A DNA stretch of 58,351 bases from an uncultured Gammaproteobacteria bacterium (lineage in GTDB: Bacteria > Patescibacteriota > Microgenomatia > UBA12405 > JAHJSD01). The DNA is taken from the NCBI GenBank assembly GCA_964468355.1, contig CAYXSV010000036.1:1-58351 (forward strand). Direction: 5' to 3'. The position numbers were made by a program, and so were the translations under genes. Below, one piece after another: positions 9,487 through 19,093 of this stretch. The notes under the pieces are model-generated. The model did no database searches and had not been told where the DNA came from. It worked only from the letters and a program-made list of their open reading frames with translations. Each line of letters starts with the position of its first letter. The stretch's first letter is position 1.

Positions 9487-10228
9487 TAACAATGTAATAA
9501 TAACCACTTTACCCTATCTATAGATATAAAATCATTAGAGCCATTCTAAGCGGCTTTTTAAAATATAGCTGTGTAATCGGTCTTCAGTCAATCACCTCTT
9601 TTAAAAAATTAACTAAAAAACATGAATTTCTGACTAATTTTTTGTTTAGAGTAGTGGTTGAGTGGTTAAGTAGAAAAGTTTAATTAAGAAACCGAAATTA
9701 AAAGAAGTATAAAACTGCAAATTAAATAAATCTACTTTTTATTTTTATTTTTTTATATTTTAATTTTAATTTATTTAATTTATTTTTTTGTTTAAAACCA
9801 ATTTCCTAGCCCACCATTATTTATCGCGTCGCAAAAGAAATATTGTGCGACATATAAGAAAAGTGCTTTAAAAAAAGATGAATAATCACCTATTAAGAGA
9901 AGGTCACTAAATTACTTAATAATTATAATAAAATTAGAACTTTAATTCCATTTAGGATTAATTTATAGAGATTAGTGGCTAAAGAAGCAAATGCCTTTTA
10001 AGAAGGGGTTAATAATTAGTTATCCACAATAAAGTAAAACTTTTTCGCGTCCTACTCAGTTTTCGCTTATCATTAGATAGACTAGCAATCAAATTTAATG
10101 ACTGCTATTTGTGAAAAGTATCCTATAATTTTCACAGATGGGATATTATATTATAGGATAATAGAAGGTTTTATTATAGGTTAATTTTTAACCCCTCTCC
10201 CCTACCTCGACTAGTTATAAGAAAAATA

Positions 10229-11026
10229 TTATCGCCAGCTGGTAACAAAAAATAAAGCTAGAAATGTTCCTAAGCCAACTAAAATAAACTCCCTTATTGT
10301 TTCCTTAAATAATTTTTCTTGACAGTGCGCCTGAGCTAAACCTAGAAAAACATATGAAACACTAGTTAGGTACAAGGCGGATTTTGTTGTTTCAAGAGGC
10401 CATAAAGAGATAGCAAGCGCTATTTCACCCAAAATTAAGGAGAAAATTGATGACGAAACTAAATTATCAACACAAAATATTTTACCAAGATTTGTTTTCC
10501 AAAAAAAATGCAGCAGAAGAAGAAAATTTATTACAAAAACTAATAATGCATTTTGCCAGCCGGCCAAACGGAATGAAAAAATAATTTCGTACGCAAAGAA
10601 CGCGGTTATTAAAGTAATTAAAAAACCAACTGTACTGGCCGCCCGATATAAAGGAACCGTTTTTACCTCAATAGAGACTAAAAAAACGTTTTCGATCAAA
10701 AAAAGAGTGTAAATCCCAAAAAAATAAACTATTAATAAAATTATTTGCCAAACCCAATTAACAGCGAACAAAAAGCGGAATAAACCAGCAGTCAATGAAA
10801 AAAAACCGGGCAAAATTGTACTGACTAAAAGGTTTTCTTTTTTTACCGACATGGTATAAAAAAGTAAACTTTGATATATCATTACACCGACCGAAAAACC
10901 AATAATTCCGGCGTACTTCCATTGAAATGAAATTTTGCTTAAAAAGAAAAAAACCCCCGTAAGAAAAAAACTGGAAATTAAAAAATAGGCACGTTTACTC
11001 ATTAGTAAAAACTCCTTCAACGTCAT
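10229..11026 (-). CDS. Polytopic integral membrane protein, unknown function
   Basis: 265 aa, about 8 hydrophobic helices, no recognised motif. Confidence 0.45.
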   Translation of the reverse strand: MTLKEFLLMSKRAYFLISSFFLTGVFFFLSKISFQWKYAGIIGFSVGVMIYQSLLFYTMSVKKENLLVSTILPGFFSLTAGLFRFLFAVNWVWQIILLIVYFFGIYTLFLIENVFLVSIEVKTVPLYRAASTVGFLITLITAFFAYEIIFSFRLAGWQNALLVFVINFLLLLHFFWKTNLGKIFCVDNLVSSSIFSLILGEIALAISLWPLETTKSALYLTSVSYVFLGLAQAHCQEKLFKETIREFILVGLGTFLALFFVTSWR

Positions 11027-11693
11027 TAAGCTCTTCTAATTTTTCAACAAATTGTTGAACAGTTTTTTTTTGATTTTGGTCTAAATGTAATTTTTGATTA
11101 GCACTCAAATTAATTTCACGTTTAATTATTTTATACTTATTTTTAATTTGATTGATAAAGTCATTCATTTTTTCAGGTTTAACAAAAATTTCAATCTTTC
11201 CATTAATTGAGTTTATTTCATCAACACCAAGATCAATAAGGTCCAAAACCATATTTTCATCAGAATTTTCCACTACTACTCTACCTTGTCGTTCAAATTT
11301 ATAACTTACCGAACCCGGCTCTGCTAAACTTCCACCATTTGTTTCAAAAACGTTTTTGACCTGCTGAACGGTTCTCTGTCTGTTATCGGTAAAGGCCCTA
11401 ATTAAAACGGCCAAACCATAAGGTCCATATCCTTCTAATACAATTTCCTTGCCTGTTTCCGCCTGTTTAACGGCATTTTCTATAGCTCTTTTAATGTTGT
11501 CTTTGGGCATATCCTCTTTTTTTGCCCGCTCAATTGCTTGACGCAATTGTACATTTTTTTCAGGATCACTGGATTTTCCTTCTCTAACACTAATGGTTAT
11601 CTGCTTAGACAATTTGCTGAATATTTTTGCCCGCTCTTTATCTTGTGCATTTTTTTGACGCTTTATATTCGCCCATTTTGAGTGTCCTGACAT
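10995..11693 (-). CDS. YebC/PmpR-family DNA-binding regulator
   Basis: MSGHSKWANIKRQK N-terminus. The start is moved to the internal Met that precedes this conserved motif. Confidence 0.88.
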   Translation of the reverse strand: MSGHSKWANIKRQKNAQDKERAKIFSKLSKQITISVREGKSSDPEKNVQLRQAIERAKKEDMPKDNIKRAIENAVKQAETGKEIVLEGYGPYGLAVLIRAFTDNRQRTVQQVKNVFETNGGSLAEPGSVSYKFERQGRVVVENSDENMVLDLIDLGVDEINSINGKIEIFVKPEKMNDFINQIKNKYKIIKREINLSANQKLHLDQNQKKTVQQFVEKLEELNDVEGVFTNE

Positions 11694-11694
11694 A

Positions 11695-12606
11695 TCATAT
11701 TTTAACATTTTCAATTAATAATTTAACTTTCCCAATGCTGCTTAATTTTTTCAACTTAATTTCACACCCTAAAACACGCCCCAAACGCATAACCGATTTA
11801 GATGTAATTAATTCTTTTTCATCAGCTAAAATTAAACAGCCGTCAATTTTTTCATCATAGTCCCCTATTTCAACAACCCTCATCCCCATATTCTCGGCAA
11901 TCAAACTAATTTTATTAGCCAAGCCCTCCCTATGACCGGCGTTAAAAATTGACAAAGTTATATTTTCTTTTTTAATCACCGGATCTGAAAAATATTCACT
12001 AAATTGTCGATTAATTATTAAAGGATCAATTCTTAAAACTTCAGTTCCGTCAACAAGATAATTTTTTTCACTAAACTCCTCAACCTCGATAAACTGCCAA
12101 ACTATTTCTTTTTTTGATAAATATCGCCAAATGCGCCAATATGTAATCCCTTTTGGCGGCCAAAAGGATCCGCTTAATTCACTTCTTAAAGAGGCCTCAG
12201 TCTGTTTATTTAAATCTAAACCAGAGTTTAAAATCGGCAAATCAATCGGAATACCAAAATAATAACTTAAACTACGATTATAAATATTTTTTTCTTTCTC
12301 TTGTTCAACTAGAATAGGTATTTTTCCCACTTGGTATTCACCAAACCAGGGCGTATAGACCAATGTTTTAGCGGGGATTCGAAAAACAACGGCAATATTT
12401 TTAGCCGGAGTTAAAGTTAATATCAGTGCGTCTCTTTCCTTTGTTTCCAATACAACGGAAAACTGTTCTTCTCCTGACCAGGACTTTTTCATTATTAACC
12501 TAAGTTGAGGATAAAGCCAAACAGCCCCAATAATAGACAGAAATAAAATTAAAATTAAAAACCAATATCGACTTTTTCTATTCTTTTTTTTCTTGCGCAT
12601 TTTCAA
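11695..12606 (-). CDS. Membrane-anchored hypothetical protein with a LytR_C-like C-terminal domain
   Basis: N-terminal K/R-rich region plus a TM helix. C-terminal ITLSIFNAGHREGLANKIS...MGMRVVEIGD resembles the LytR C-terminal domain. Confidence 0.4.
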   Translation of the reverse strand: MKMRKKKKNRKSRYWFLILILFLSIIGAVWLYPQLRLIMKKSWSGEEQFSVVLETKERDALILTLTPAKNIAVVFRIPAKTLVYTPWFGEYQVGKIPILVEQEKEKNIYNRSLSYYFGIPIDLPILNSGLDLNKQTEASLRSELSGSFWPPKGITYWRIWRYLSKKEIVWQFIEVEEFSEKNYLVDGTEVLRIDPLIINRQFSEYFSDPVIKKENITLSIFNAGHREGLANKISLIAENMGMRVVEIGDYDEKIDGCLILADEKELITSKSVMRLGRVLGCEIKLKKLSSIGKVKLLIENVKI

Positions 12607-13303
12607 TTATCCCTGTTAATTTTTTCGGCAAATCTATTTCAAACTCAATTCTTTTTTTTGACTCAGGGTGATTAAAATTTATTTTTTTGGCTACCAAAAA
12701 CATTGGCTTTTCTTGACTAGTTTTACCACCGTAAATAGAGTCCCCATAAACAGGGTGACCGAGATATTTAAAGTGCACCCTTATCTGGTGAGTTCGCCCT
12801 GTTTTAGGCCATACTCTAATCAGGGAATATTTGTTTTGGCCGATTTCATAACCGCTTATTGAATTAAACTTAGTCTCTGCCTTTTTACCCCCCGGCGTTA
12901 CTCCGTACTTTAATCTATCATAAGACAAACGCCCAACAGGAGCAACTATTTTGCCTTCTGTTTTTAAAAGACCCTCTACCAAAACCAAATATTCCTTTTC
13001 AACCTGTCTTTTCTTAAACTGGGCTTGTAAATCTAAAAAACTCTTTTTGTCTTTTGCGCCGATAACCAAACCCCAAGTATCTTTATCCAGCCGGTGTACA
13101 ATTCCATAACGCTGACTAAAAGGACAGCTTTTTGAATTAAATTCCGAAATTTGAAGCTTTTTTTCAACCCAAGCTTGAAGCGTCTTACCTTGATATGTTT
13201 TAACTTTTAAAGTAACCCAACCGGCCGGTTTATTAACAACAAAAATAAAATTATCCTCATAAATTATTTCCGGCTTAAGATTCTTTTTCTTGGCATTTAA
13301 CAC
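12578..13303 (-). CDS. RluA-family pseudouridine synthase
   Basis: Catalytic HRLDKDTWGL motif and RTHQIRVH motif. Confidence 0.85.
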   Translation of the reverse strand: MLNAKKKNLKPEIIYEDNFIFVVNKPAGWVTLKVKTYQGKTLQAWVEKKLQISEFNSKSCPFSQRYGIVHRLDKDTWGLVIGAKDKKSFLDLQAQFKKRQVEKEYLVLVEGLLKTEGKIVAPVGRLSYDRLKYGVTPGGKKAETKFNSISGYEIGQNKYSLIRVWPKTGRTHQIRVHFKYLGHPVYGDSIYGGKTSQEKPMFLVAKKINFNHPESKKRIEFEIDLPKKLTGIIENAQEKKE

Positions 13304-13652
13304 ATTTAGTTGTTTCTGGATAAACCATCAATCTTTTTGTATTAATAAATTCACCGCATTCTTCACAAAGTCCATATTGACCGATTTTAATTCTTGATAA
13401 TGCTTTTTTAATCTGAATCATTCGTTTGTTTAGCTGGCCAGAAATTGCTTTTGCCCTGGCATGTCCAAACTGCTCATCGGCCTCCATATCCGGTTTAGCG
13501 TTATCATTTACCCGGTCTTCATTGGCAAAAGGGTCATCTTTTTCAACCTTTTCTACTTGACTCTTAATCTTTTTTAACTCTCCGGTTAAAAAAGTTTTTA
13601 CCGGTTCAAGAACACTTTGTGGAAATTTGAAATTTTGATTTTTGTTGGTCAT
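13275..13652 (-). CDS. DksA/TraR-family C4 zinc-finger protein
   Basis: CEECGEFI...CVKCQ four-Cys finger at the C-terminus, coiled-coil-like N-terminal part. Confidence 0.7.
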   Translation of the reverse strand: MTNKNQNFKFPQSVLEPVKTFLTGELKKIKSQVEKVEKDDPFANEDRVNDNAKPDMEADEQFGHARAKAISGQLNKRMIQIKKALSRIKIGQYGLCEECGEFINTKRLMVYPETTKCVKCQEKES

Positions 13653-13670
13653 TTTTTTAATTTAATTTAA

Positions 13671-14231
13671 TTAATAATTTTTTTCCCGTCCGGAAAGTAA
13701 AATAATTCCGCTTATGCCGGCAACCAAAATCACTGACCAGACGAACAATTCTACCAACCGCCGGTACCAAAAATCAAGTCCAATACTAAATAAGGCAACA
13801 AAAATTAAATTTATTAAAAAGAAAAAACCAACTTTACCGCTAGGATACCACCGAAAACTTCGGTAATTTCTCCAAAAAAAGTTCGCCAAAACAGCTGCCA
13901 AATAAATTATTCCGTGTAATTGGCCGGCATAAATAATAGATAAAGAAACTAAACCCGGCCAAGTTAGTTTTTCCATAACCGTCCAAAAACGCCAATCGGC
14001 AAATAAACTTAAGATATAAACAACGCCGGTAGTAGATAAAATTAAACCTAAAACATTTGACTCTAAATTTAATAAGCCGGTTAAACGGTCAGAACCAAAA
14101 CTCAGTATTATACCTAATAATGACGCCTTGATTATTTGTTCTTCCGAATAATCCTCTTTAAGCAGTCGAAAAGATTGGAACAAAAAAATAAAACCGGCGA
14201 GAATTTTCAACCCCAAATATAGCTTTTCCAT
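13671..14231 (-). CDS. Integral membrane protein, unknown function
   Basis: 186 aa, 5-6 hydrophobic segments. Confidence 0.45.
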   Translation of the reverse strand: MEKLYLGLKILAGFIFLFQSFRLLKEDYSEEQIIKASLLGIILSFGSDRLTGLLNLESNVLGLILSTTGVVYILSLFADWRFWTVMEKLTWPGLVSLSIIYAGQLHGIIYLAAVLANFFWRNYRSFRWYPSGKVGFFFLINLIFVALFSIGLDFWYRRLVELFVWSVILVAGISGIILLSGREKNY

Positions 14232-14276
14232 TTGCTGATTATAACACGCAGAGGTATATGTTAAAATTATATAAAG

Positions 14277-14362
14277 GCCGCGATGGTGGAATTGGCAGAC
14301 ACGCAGGTCTCAAAAACCTGTGAGGTTTACCCCTCGTGCCGGTTCGACTCCGGCTCGCGGCA
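14277..14362 (+). tRNA. tRNA-Leu (anticodon CAA), type II with long variable arm, no encoded CCA
   Basis: Folded by hand. Acceptor GCCGCGA/TCGCGGC, 3-bp D stem, anticodon stem CAGGT/ACCTG with loop CTCAAAA, variable stem GAGG/CCTC, T arm GCCGG-TTCGACT-CCGGC, discriminator A. Confidence 0.9.
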
Positions 14363-14365
14363 CAA

Positions 14366-15688
14366 TTACTTGCTGACTCCGAAGAAACTAACTTTTTTGG
14401 GATTAAAATAAAGCTCAAACTGGCCAACCGGGCCATTACGATGCTTTGAAATGTCACAATTAACCAATTCCCTATTTTCATCGTCATCTCTATAAAGGAA
14501 CATAACTACGTCCGCATCTTGTTCAATACTGCCGCTTTCTCTCAAGTCCGCTAACCTCGGCCGATTCTCTCCCCTTTTTTCAACCGCTCTTGATAATTGT
14601 GACAGCGCTAACACCGGCACTTTTAACTCTCTAGCTAAGTTTTTCAATCCCTGAGAAATATCGGAAACCTCCTGCACCCGGCTGTCCCAACGACGGCGAG
14701 AATGCATCAATTGTAAATAATCTACAATTATCAAGTCCAAACCTCTTTCAATTTGAAGCCGTCTTGCTTTTGTTCTAATCTGTAAAATATTTAAACCAGG
14801 AGTATCATCTATATACAAAGGTGCCTCGGCTAAAACACCCATTGCTTCAGATAAATTTGACAAATCCTTATCATCAAGCTGGCCAGTTTTCATTTTCCAG
14901 GCATCTATATCGGCCTGTCTAACCAGCAGTCGGTCAACCAACTCCTCTTTACTCATTTCTAAGGAGAAAAAACAAGCCGGCATTTTATTTTCAACAGTTA
15001 CATGCCTGGCAATATTCAATGCCCAGGCCGTTTTACCTATACCTGGACGAGCAGCCAAAATAATTAAATTGCTGTCCTGAAATCCGGCTAAATAATTATC
15101 TAAATCCTTGAAACCGCTGGGCACCCCTCTTAGGCCGTCAGCTCTTTTTTGCAATTCGTCAAGACGGTCAAAACTTTCAGCCAATGCTTCACGAAGTGAA
15201 GTAGGAATTTTCTTTAAATGCTGCTGGCTCAACGAAAAAATTTCCTGTTCCGCTTCATCCAGGGCTTCATCAGCGCTTATTTCATCGTTAAAGGCAACTT
15301 GATTGATTTGAGCTGAAGCCGCCGCCAGTTCACGCTTAGTATGTAAATCCTTAACAATTTGGGCATAAGAAACCGCATGAGCTGATGTTGGAACGGAATT
15401 AGCTAATTCTGATAAATAAGAACGACCGCCAACCGATTCAAGCTTTTTTTTCTCTTTTAGCCGCTGAGATAAAGTTACCAAATCTATCGGCACTCTCTCT
15501 TCATAAAGTTCCAACCCCGCTTCAAATATATATTGATGCGAAGATTGATAAAAACATTCCGGTGATAAAACATCGGCTACTTCAACTACCGCGTCTTTAT
15601 CAATTAAAATTGAACCTAAAACCGATGTTTCAGCTTCTTTTGAATGGGGCGGAATTTTCAATTGCTGAGGTGAATTTCTTTGGGCCAT
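14366..15688 (-). CDS. dnaB: Replicative DNA helicase DnaB
   Basis: N-terminal PPHSKEAETSVLGSIL, Walker A ARPGIGKT, SLEMS, IIVDYLQLM, and RNGPVG near the C-terminus. Confidence 0.95.
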   Translation of the reverse strand: MAQRNSPQQLKIPPHSKEAETSVLGSILIDKDAVVEVADVLSPECFYQSSHQYIFEAGLELYEERVPIDLVTLSQRLKEKKKLESVGGRSYLSELANSVPTSAHAVSYAQIVKDLHTKRELAAASAQINQVAFNDEISADEALDEAEQEIFSLSQQHLKKIPTSLREALAESFDRLDELQKRADGLRGVPSGFKDLDNYLAGFQDSNLIILAARPGIGKTAWALNIARHVTVENKMPACFFSLEMSKEELVDRLLVRQADIDAWKMKTGQLDDKDLSNLSEAMGVLAEAPLYIDDTPGLNILQIRTKARRLQIERGLDLIIVDYLQLMHSRRRWDSRVQEVSDISQGLKNLARELKVPVLALSQLSRAVEKRGENRPRLADLRESGSIEQDADVVMFLYRDDDENRELVNCDISKHRNGPVGQFELYFNPKKVSFFGVSK

Positions 15689-15697
15689 AAATTTTTT

Positions 15698-16252
15698 TTA
15701 CTTTGGTGACAAAGCAAAATAATCAGTTCCTTCTTCAGTTATATCCGCTTGTTTTACTTTAATTTTGGAAACCGGATTAATATCTTCTCGGTCTATTTTA
15801 TCCAAAAGATCTTTACCTAATTTATAGCTAAAAACAACCCCATCCGGAGAAATTCTTTTTACTGTCTCTTCTGCTTTCTTGGCCTCTTTTTTATCTCCTT
15901 CAAGGTGTATGAAAATTAAATCCAGCTGTCCGAGTTTTTCCACCATTTTTGTTGACGGCTTTTCCCATTCGTCTAAAAGATAAGCCAGCTTCCAACCTTC
16001 CGTAGTTATTCTCCAATAGCCCTTATCTAAGCTGACAATCTGAGTTCCGGATACTTCATATTCACCAGGACCGGGAATAATAAAAGGTTCTTCTCTCTTC
16101 ATCGGCTCAATCTTCCCTAAATCTATTTTTTGTCCCTTACCCGGAATAATAATATCCAATTTAGTATTTTTTTCAGGAACGCCGAAACCCAAATATGAAC
16201 GATTAACTCGAAGTCGGAAAAAATTTTCGTTTGGATATTTGACGGTTAACAT
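15698..16252 (-). CDS. Hypothetical protein
   Basis: 184-aa ORF in an operon-like position after dnaB. No motif recognised. Confidence 0.4.
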   Translation of the reverse strand: MLTVKYPNENFFRLRVNRSYLGFGVPEKNTKLDIIIPGKGQKIDLGKIEPMKREEPFIIPGPGEYEVSGTQIVSLDKGYWRITTEGWKLAYLLDEWEKPSTKMVEKLGQLDLIFIHLEGDKKEAKKAEETVKRISPDGVVFSYKLGKDLLDKIDREDINPVSKIKVKQADITEEGTDYFALSPK

Positions 16253-16313
16253 AGTGAATAAATATTAACATTAATAACTTGCCAAAACAAGGTACAGCTG
16301 AATGCTAGTTTTC

Positions 16314-16355
16314 AAATGTTAAATGATAAATGTTAAATGTTAAATATTAAATAAT
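16314..16355. repeat. Heptad array AAATGTT AAATGAT AAATGTT AAATGTT AAATATT AAATAAT
   Basis: Six tandem 7-mers in the divergent intergenic region. Confidence 0.85.
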
Positions 16356-16381
16356 ATATCAAAATATATCAAAACTCCTGC

Positions 16382-16410
16382 TTGACACAAGGCAAAGGTT
16401 TTCATATTAT
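16382..16410 (+). promoter_or_regulatory. Promoter TTGACA-17-TATTAT, 10 nt from the ATG at 16421 (leaderless-type)
   Basis: Exact -35, 17-nt spacer, and no SD before the start codon. Confidence 0.5.
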
Positions 16411-16420
16411 ATAGTTAAGA

Positions 16421-16876
16421 ATGAAAAAGGAATTAGGCATAGCAATTTTTATCGGAGTTTTGTTCGGCTTCGGCCTCAGCGCTTTTTTTTGGATGAGAGA
16501 TAAAGGCAAGCCAACCGTAAACAACTTAATTTCAAAAAATGAAACAACGCCAACAGAAATCGCTCAGGTTTCACCGGCTTTAAACGACAAAACATCCGAT
16601 GATAATGAAATTTCACTAGATATTTCATCTCCAGACAACGAAATAATTTCTCAAAACGAAAACTTAACCATTAAGGGCAAAACCTTACCCAAAGCAACGG
16701 TTGTAATAATCTGGGAAGAAGGGGCGGACATTATAGTAGCCGATAAATCCGGGCTTTTTGAAACGGAAATTGATTTAATCGGTGGTGAAAACAATATTAA
16801 TATTTCCGCCTATGACGATCAAGGAAACAAAGCTGCCCAAACCTTGACAGTAACCTATTCTACTGCTAAATTTTAA
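16421..16876 (+). CDS. Secreted/membrane-anchored protein with an Ig-like beta-sandwich C-terminal domain
   Basis: N-terminal TM helix. The C-terminal LTIKGKT...ATVVI...GLFETEIDL..GENNINISAYD pattern is typical of bacterial Ig-like domains. Confidence 0.4.
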   Translation: MKKELGIAIFIGVLFGFGLSAFFWMRDKGKPTVNNLISKNETTPTEIAQVSPALNDKTSDDNEISLDISSPDNEIISQNENLTIKGKTLPKATVVIIWEEGADIIVADKSGLFETEIDLIGGENNINISAYDDQGNKAAQTLTVTYSTAKF

Positions 16877-16889
16877 ATAATAAACACAA

Positions 16890-17657
16890 ATGAAAAAAAT
16901 ATTTATTATCATCGTTCTCGGACTATTTTTTGTTTCACCGCTGTCATTAACATCCAACGCCCAAGAAAATGCAACTGACACGGCTGAAACCGAAATGAAT
17001 TTCGAAGACGTAAAAGGAATCAGGGAAGAAGTTGAGAAAAAAGTCCGGGACAAAATAGACGAAATTGTCAGTAAACAAGAAAAACGCGGTTGGATAGGAA
17101 CAATAACCGAAATAACTTCTACCGGTTTTGTTATAGAAACCGACCAAGAAACTAGAACAGTAACACTAAATGATGAGGCAACAATTATTAATAGAAACCG
17201 CCAGCAAATAACTTTCGGAGACCTTGAGGAAAGTCAGCGAGTTATTGCCATGGGATATCTCCAAATCGATAATACTCTTGATGCCCGCCGGGTTGTAATT
17301 GTTGAGCAAAAGGATAAAATTCAAAAAATGTCTATTTTCGGAACAATTACTGAAAAAGCTGACCAGGACCAAATAATGCTGGTAAAAAACAGCGAAGAAA
17401 GTTATGAGTTAGTATTCGGCGAAGATGCAACAATAGAAATACGCCAAGACAATACCACTGAAGAAGCTGATTATGAAGACCTGTCAACCGAACAAAAAAT
17501 AATCGCGGTAATTGTTCCGATTGACGGAAGCACCGCCACTTACCAAGTAGAAAACTTATTGGCTGTTTCTTCACCGGAGCCAACTCCGGAACCAGAAACG
17601 ACAGAATCAACTGAATCCGCTGACCTATCCCCTACTGCAAAACCAACTACAGACTAA
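16890..17657 (+). CDS. Secreted hypothetical protein with an internally duplicated beta-rich module and a P/T/E-rich tail
   Basis: Signal peptide. GTITEITSTGFVIETDQETRTV is repeated as GTITEKADQDQIMLV. Confidence 0.4.
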   Translation: MKKIFIIIVLGLFFVSPLSLTSNAQENATDTAETEMNFEDVKGIREEVEKKVRDKIDEIVSKQEKRGWIGTITEITSTGFVIETDQETRTVTLNDEATIINRNRQQITFGDLEESQRVIAMGYLQIDNTLDARRVVIVEQKDKIQKMSIFGTITEKADQDQIMLVKNSEESYELVFGEDATIEIRQDNTTEEADYEDLSTEQKIIAVIVPIDGSTATYQVENLLAVSSPEPTPEPETTESTESADLSPTAKPTTD

Positions 17658-17670
17658 ACCATTTTTTATC

Positions 17671-17784
17671 GCAAGCTAAAGCTTGCTACTACGTTTAAGT
17701 TGCAACAATCAGACTCGTGCAGTGTATCTCTTGTGTGGACTGCGAACCAGCACTTTTAGGCCGTAATAGCAGACTTTAGTCTGC
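17671..17784. repeat. REP-like element: GCAAGCTAAAGCTTGCTACTAC ... GTAATAGCAGACTTTAGTCTGC (inverted pair, 70-nt spacer)
   Basis: Same 22-nt motif family as 5161-5222. Confidence 0.75.
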
Positions 17785-17802
17785 GCCACTCAAGCTAAAA
17801 AG

Positions 17803-17811
17803 TGTTATAAT
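17803..17811 (+). promoter_or_regulatory. Extended -10 promoter TGTTATAAT, 6 nt from the hisS ATG (leaderless-type)
   Basis: TGTTATAAT aaaaaa ATG. No SD sequence. Confidence 0.4.
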
Positions 17812-17817
17812 AAAAAA

Positions 17818-19062
17818 ATGGCCAATAAATTACAGCCGATTAAAGGGTTTAGAGATTTCTATCCTCAAGATTGGTCGTTTCAAAACTGGCTTAAAGAAAA
17901 ATGGTTGAACCTTGGTCAATCTTATGGTTATCAGGAATACGAAGGTCCGATATTGGAGCGATTGGAGTTGTATCAATCTAAAACCAGCCGGGAATTAATT
18001 GAAAAACAAACTTTTAAATTTAATGATAATGATAAAAATTATGTTCTCCGGCCCGAGCTTACTCCTACCTTAGCCAGAATGATTGCCCAAAAACAATATC
18101 AGATCCAATTACCGGCTAAATGGCAGTCTTACGGACGTTTTTTTCGATACGAATCTCCTCAAAAAGGCCGCGGCCGTTCTTTTTTCCAGTGGAATATTGA
18201 TCTTTTAGGCCTAAATAAAATTCAAGCCGACATAGAAATAATCAAACTTGCCTGCTTGGCTTTAAAAACTCTCGGCTTAACCAGCAAAGAAGTTAAAATT
18301 AAAATCAACGATCGGAAATTTTTAGAAAAATCAATTGATAAAAAATTCTATCCATACATTGACAAATTAGATAAAATGACTGAAACTGAATGGAAAAAAT
18401 GGTTGAAAGAAGAAAATATTAATGAAAGCAAAGCTGATGAACTTCTGGCCCTTGTTAAAAATAATGACTATTCCGACTCTATGCGTCTAACTGCAATTCT
18501 TAATCAAATGGAAAAACAAGGTCTAAGTGAATACATTGAGTTTGATAAAAGCTTAGTCCGCGGTTTGGATTACTACACCGGAACGGTTTTTGAGGCCTGG
18601 AGCACCGGTTCTTCTTTAAACCGGGCTTTATTCGGGGGCGGACGATACGATAATCTAACCCAACAGGTCGGCGGTAGAAAAAAAATATCCGGCGTCGGCT
18701 TTGCCGTTGGAGACATGCCGATTTATGAACTACTTAAAGAATTAAACAAACTACCCAACCTTTCCTCTACTCCAACCAAAATACTAGTAACTATTTTTTC
18801 ACCGCAATTAGCAGAGGAATCTATTCAAGCAGCACAAAAACTAAGAAAAAAAAACATCAACACTGAATTATATTTAGATCCCGATGAACGACTGGATAAA
18901 CAGTTAGCTTACGCCAACAAGAAAAACATCCCCTGGGTGGCAGTCATCGGCCCGGACGAAGCTAAAAACAACACCGTTACCCTCAAAAACATGAAATCCG
19001 GCAAACAAGAAAAACTTACTCAAAAAAAAGCCGTCCAAAAACTCACCTCACCCCAAAATTAA
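17818..19062 (+). CDS. hisS: Histidyl-tRNA synthetase
   Basis: Class II motifs: LRPELTP, RFFRYESPQKGRGRSFFQW, GGGRYDNL, and GFAVG plus a C-terminal anticodon-binding domain. Confidence 0.93.
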   Translation: MANKLQPIKGFRDFYPQDWSFQNWLKEKWLNLGQSYGYQEYEGPILERLELYQSKTSRELIEKQTFKFNDNDKNYVLRPELTPTLARMIAQKQYQIQLPAKWQSYGRFFRYESPQKGRGRSFFQWNIDLLGLNKIQADIEIIKLACLALKTLGLTSKEVKIKINDRKFLEKSIDKKFYPYIDKLDKMTETEWKKWLKEENINESKADELLALVKNNDYSDSMRLTAILNQMEKQGLSEYIEFDKSLVRGLDYYTGTVFEAWSTGSSLNRALFGGGRYDNLTQQVGGRKKISGVGFAVGDMPIYELLKELNKLPNLSSTPTKILVTIFSPQLAEESIQAAQKLRKKNINTELYLDPDERLDKQLAYANKKNIPWVAVIGPDEAKNNTVTLKNMKSGKQEKLTQKKAVQKLTSPQN

Positions 19063-19093
19063 AATTTAAGTGTGCGATCGCATAGATAAATTT
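19061..19093 (+). repeat. 33-nt perfect direct repeat copy 1 (AAAATTTAAGTGTGCGATCGCATAGATAAATTT) containing the palindrome TGCGATCGCA
   Basis: Identical to 19796-19828. Confidence 0.95.

Noticed and set aside
10020-10028. Calling the gene desert the chromosomal replication origin on the basis of TTATCCACA and the A/T-only tract
   Set aside because: There is only one perfect DnaA box, a few 2-mismatch candidates, and no dnaA/dnaN nearby. Gene orientation in the window switches several times, so there is no clear polarity signal. It is kept only as one hypothesis in the gene-desert finding.
14239-14487. 82-aa minus-strand ORF
   Set aside because: It overlaps the hand-folded tRNA-Leu on the opposite strand and the 3' end of dnaB, so it is spurious.
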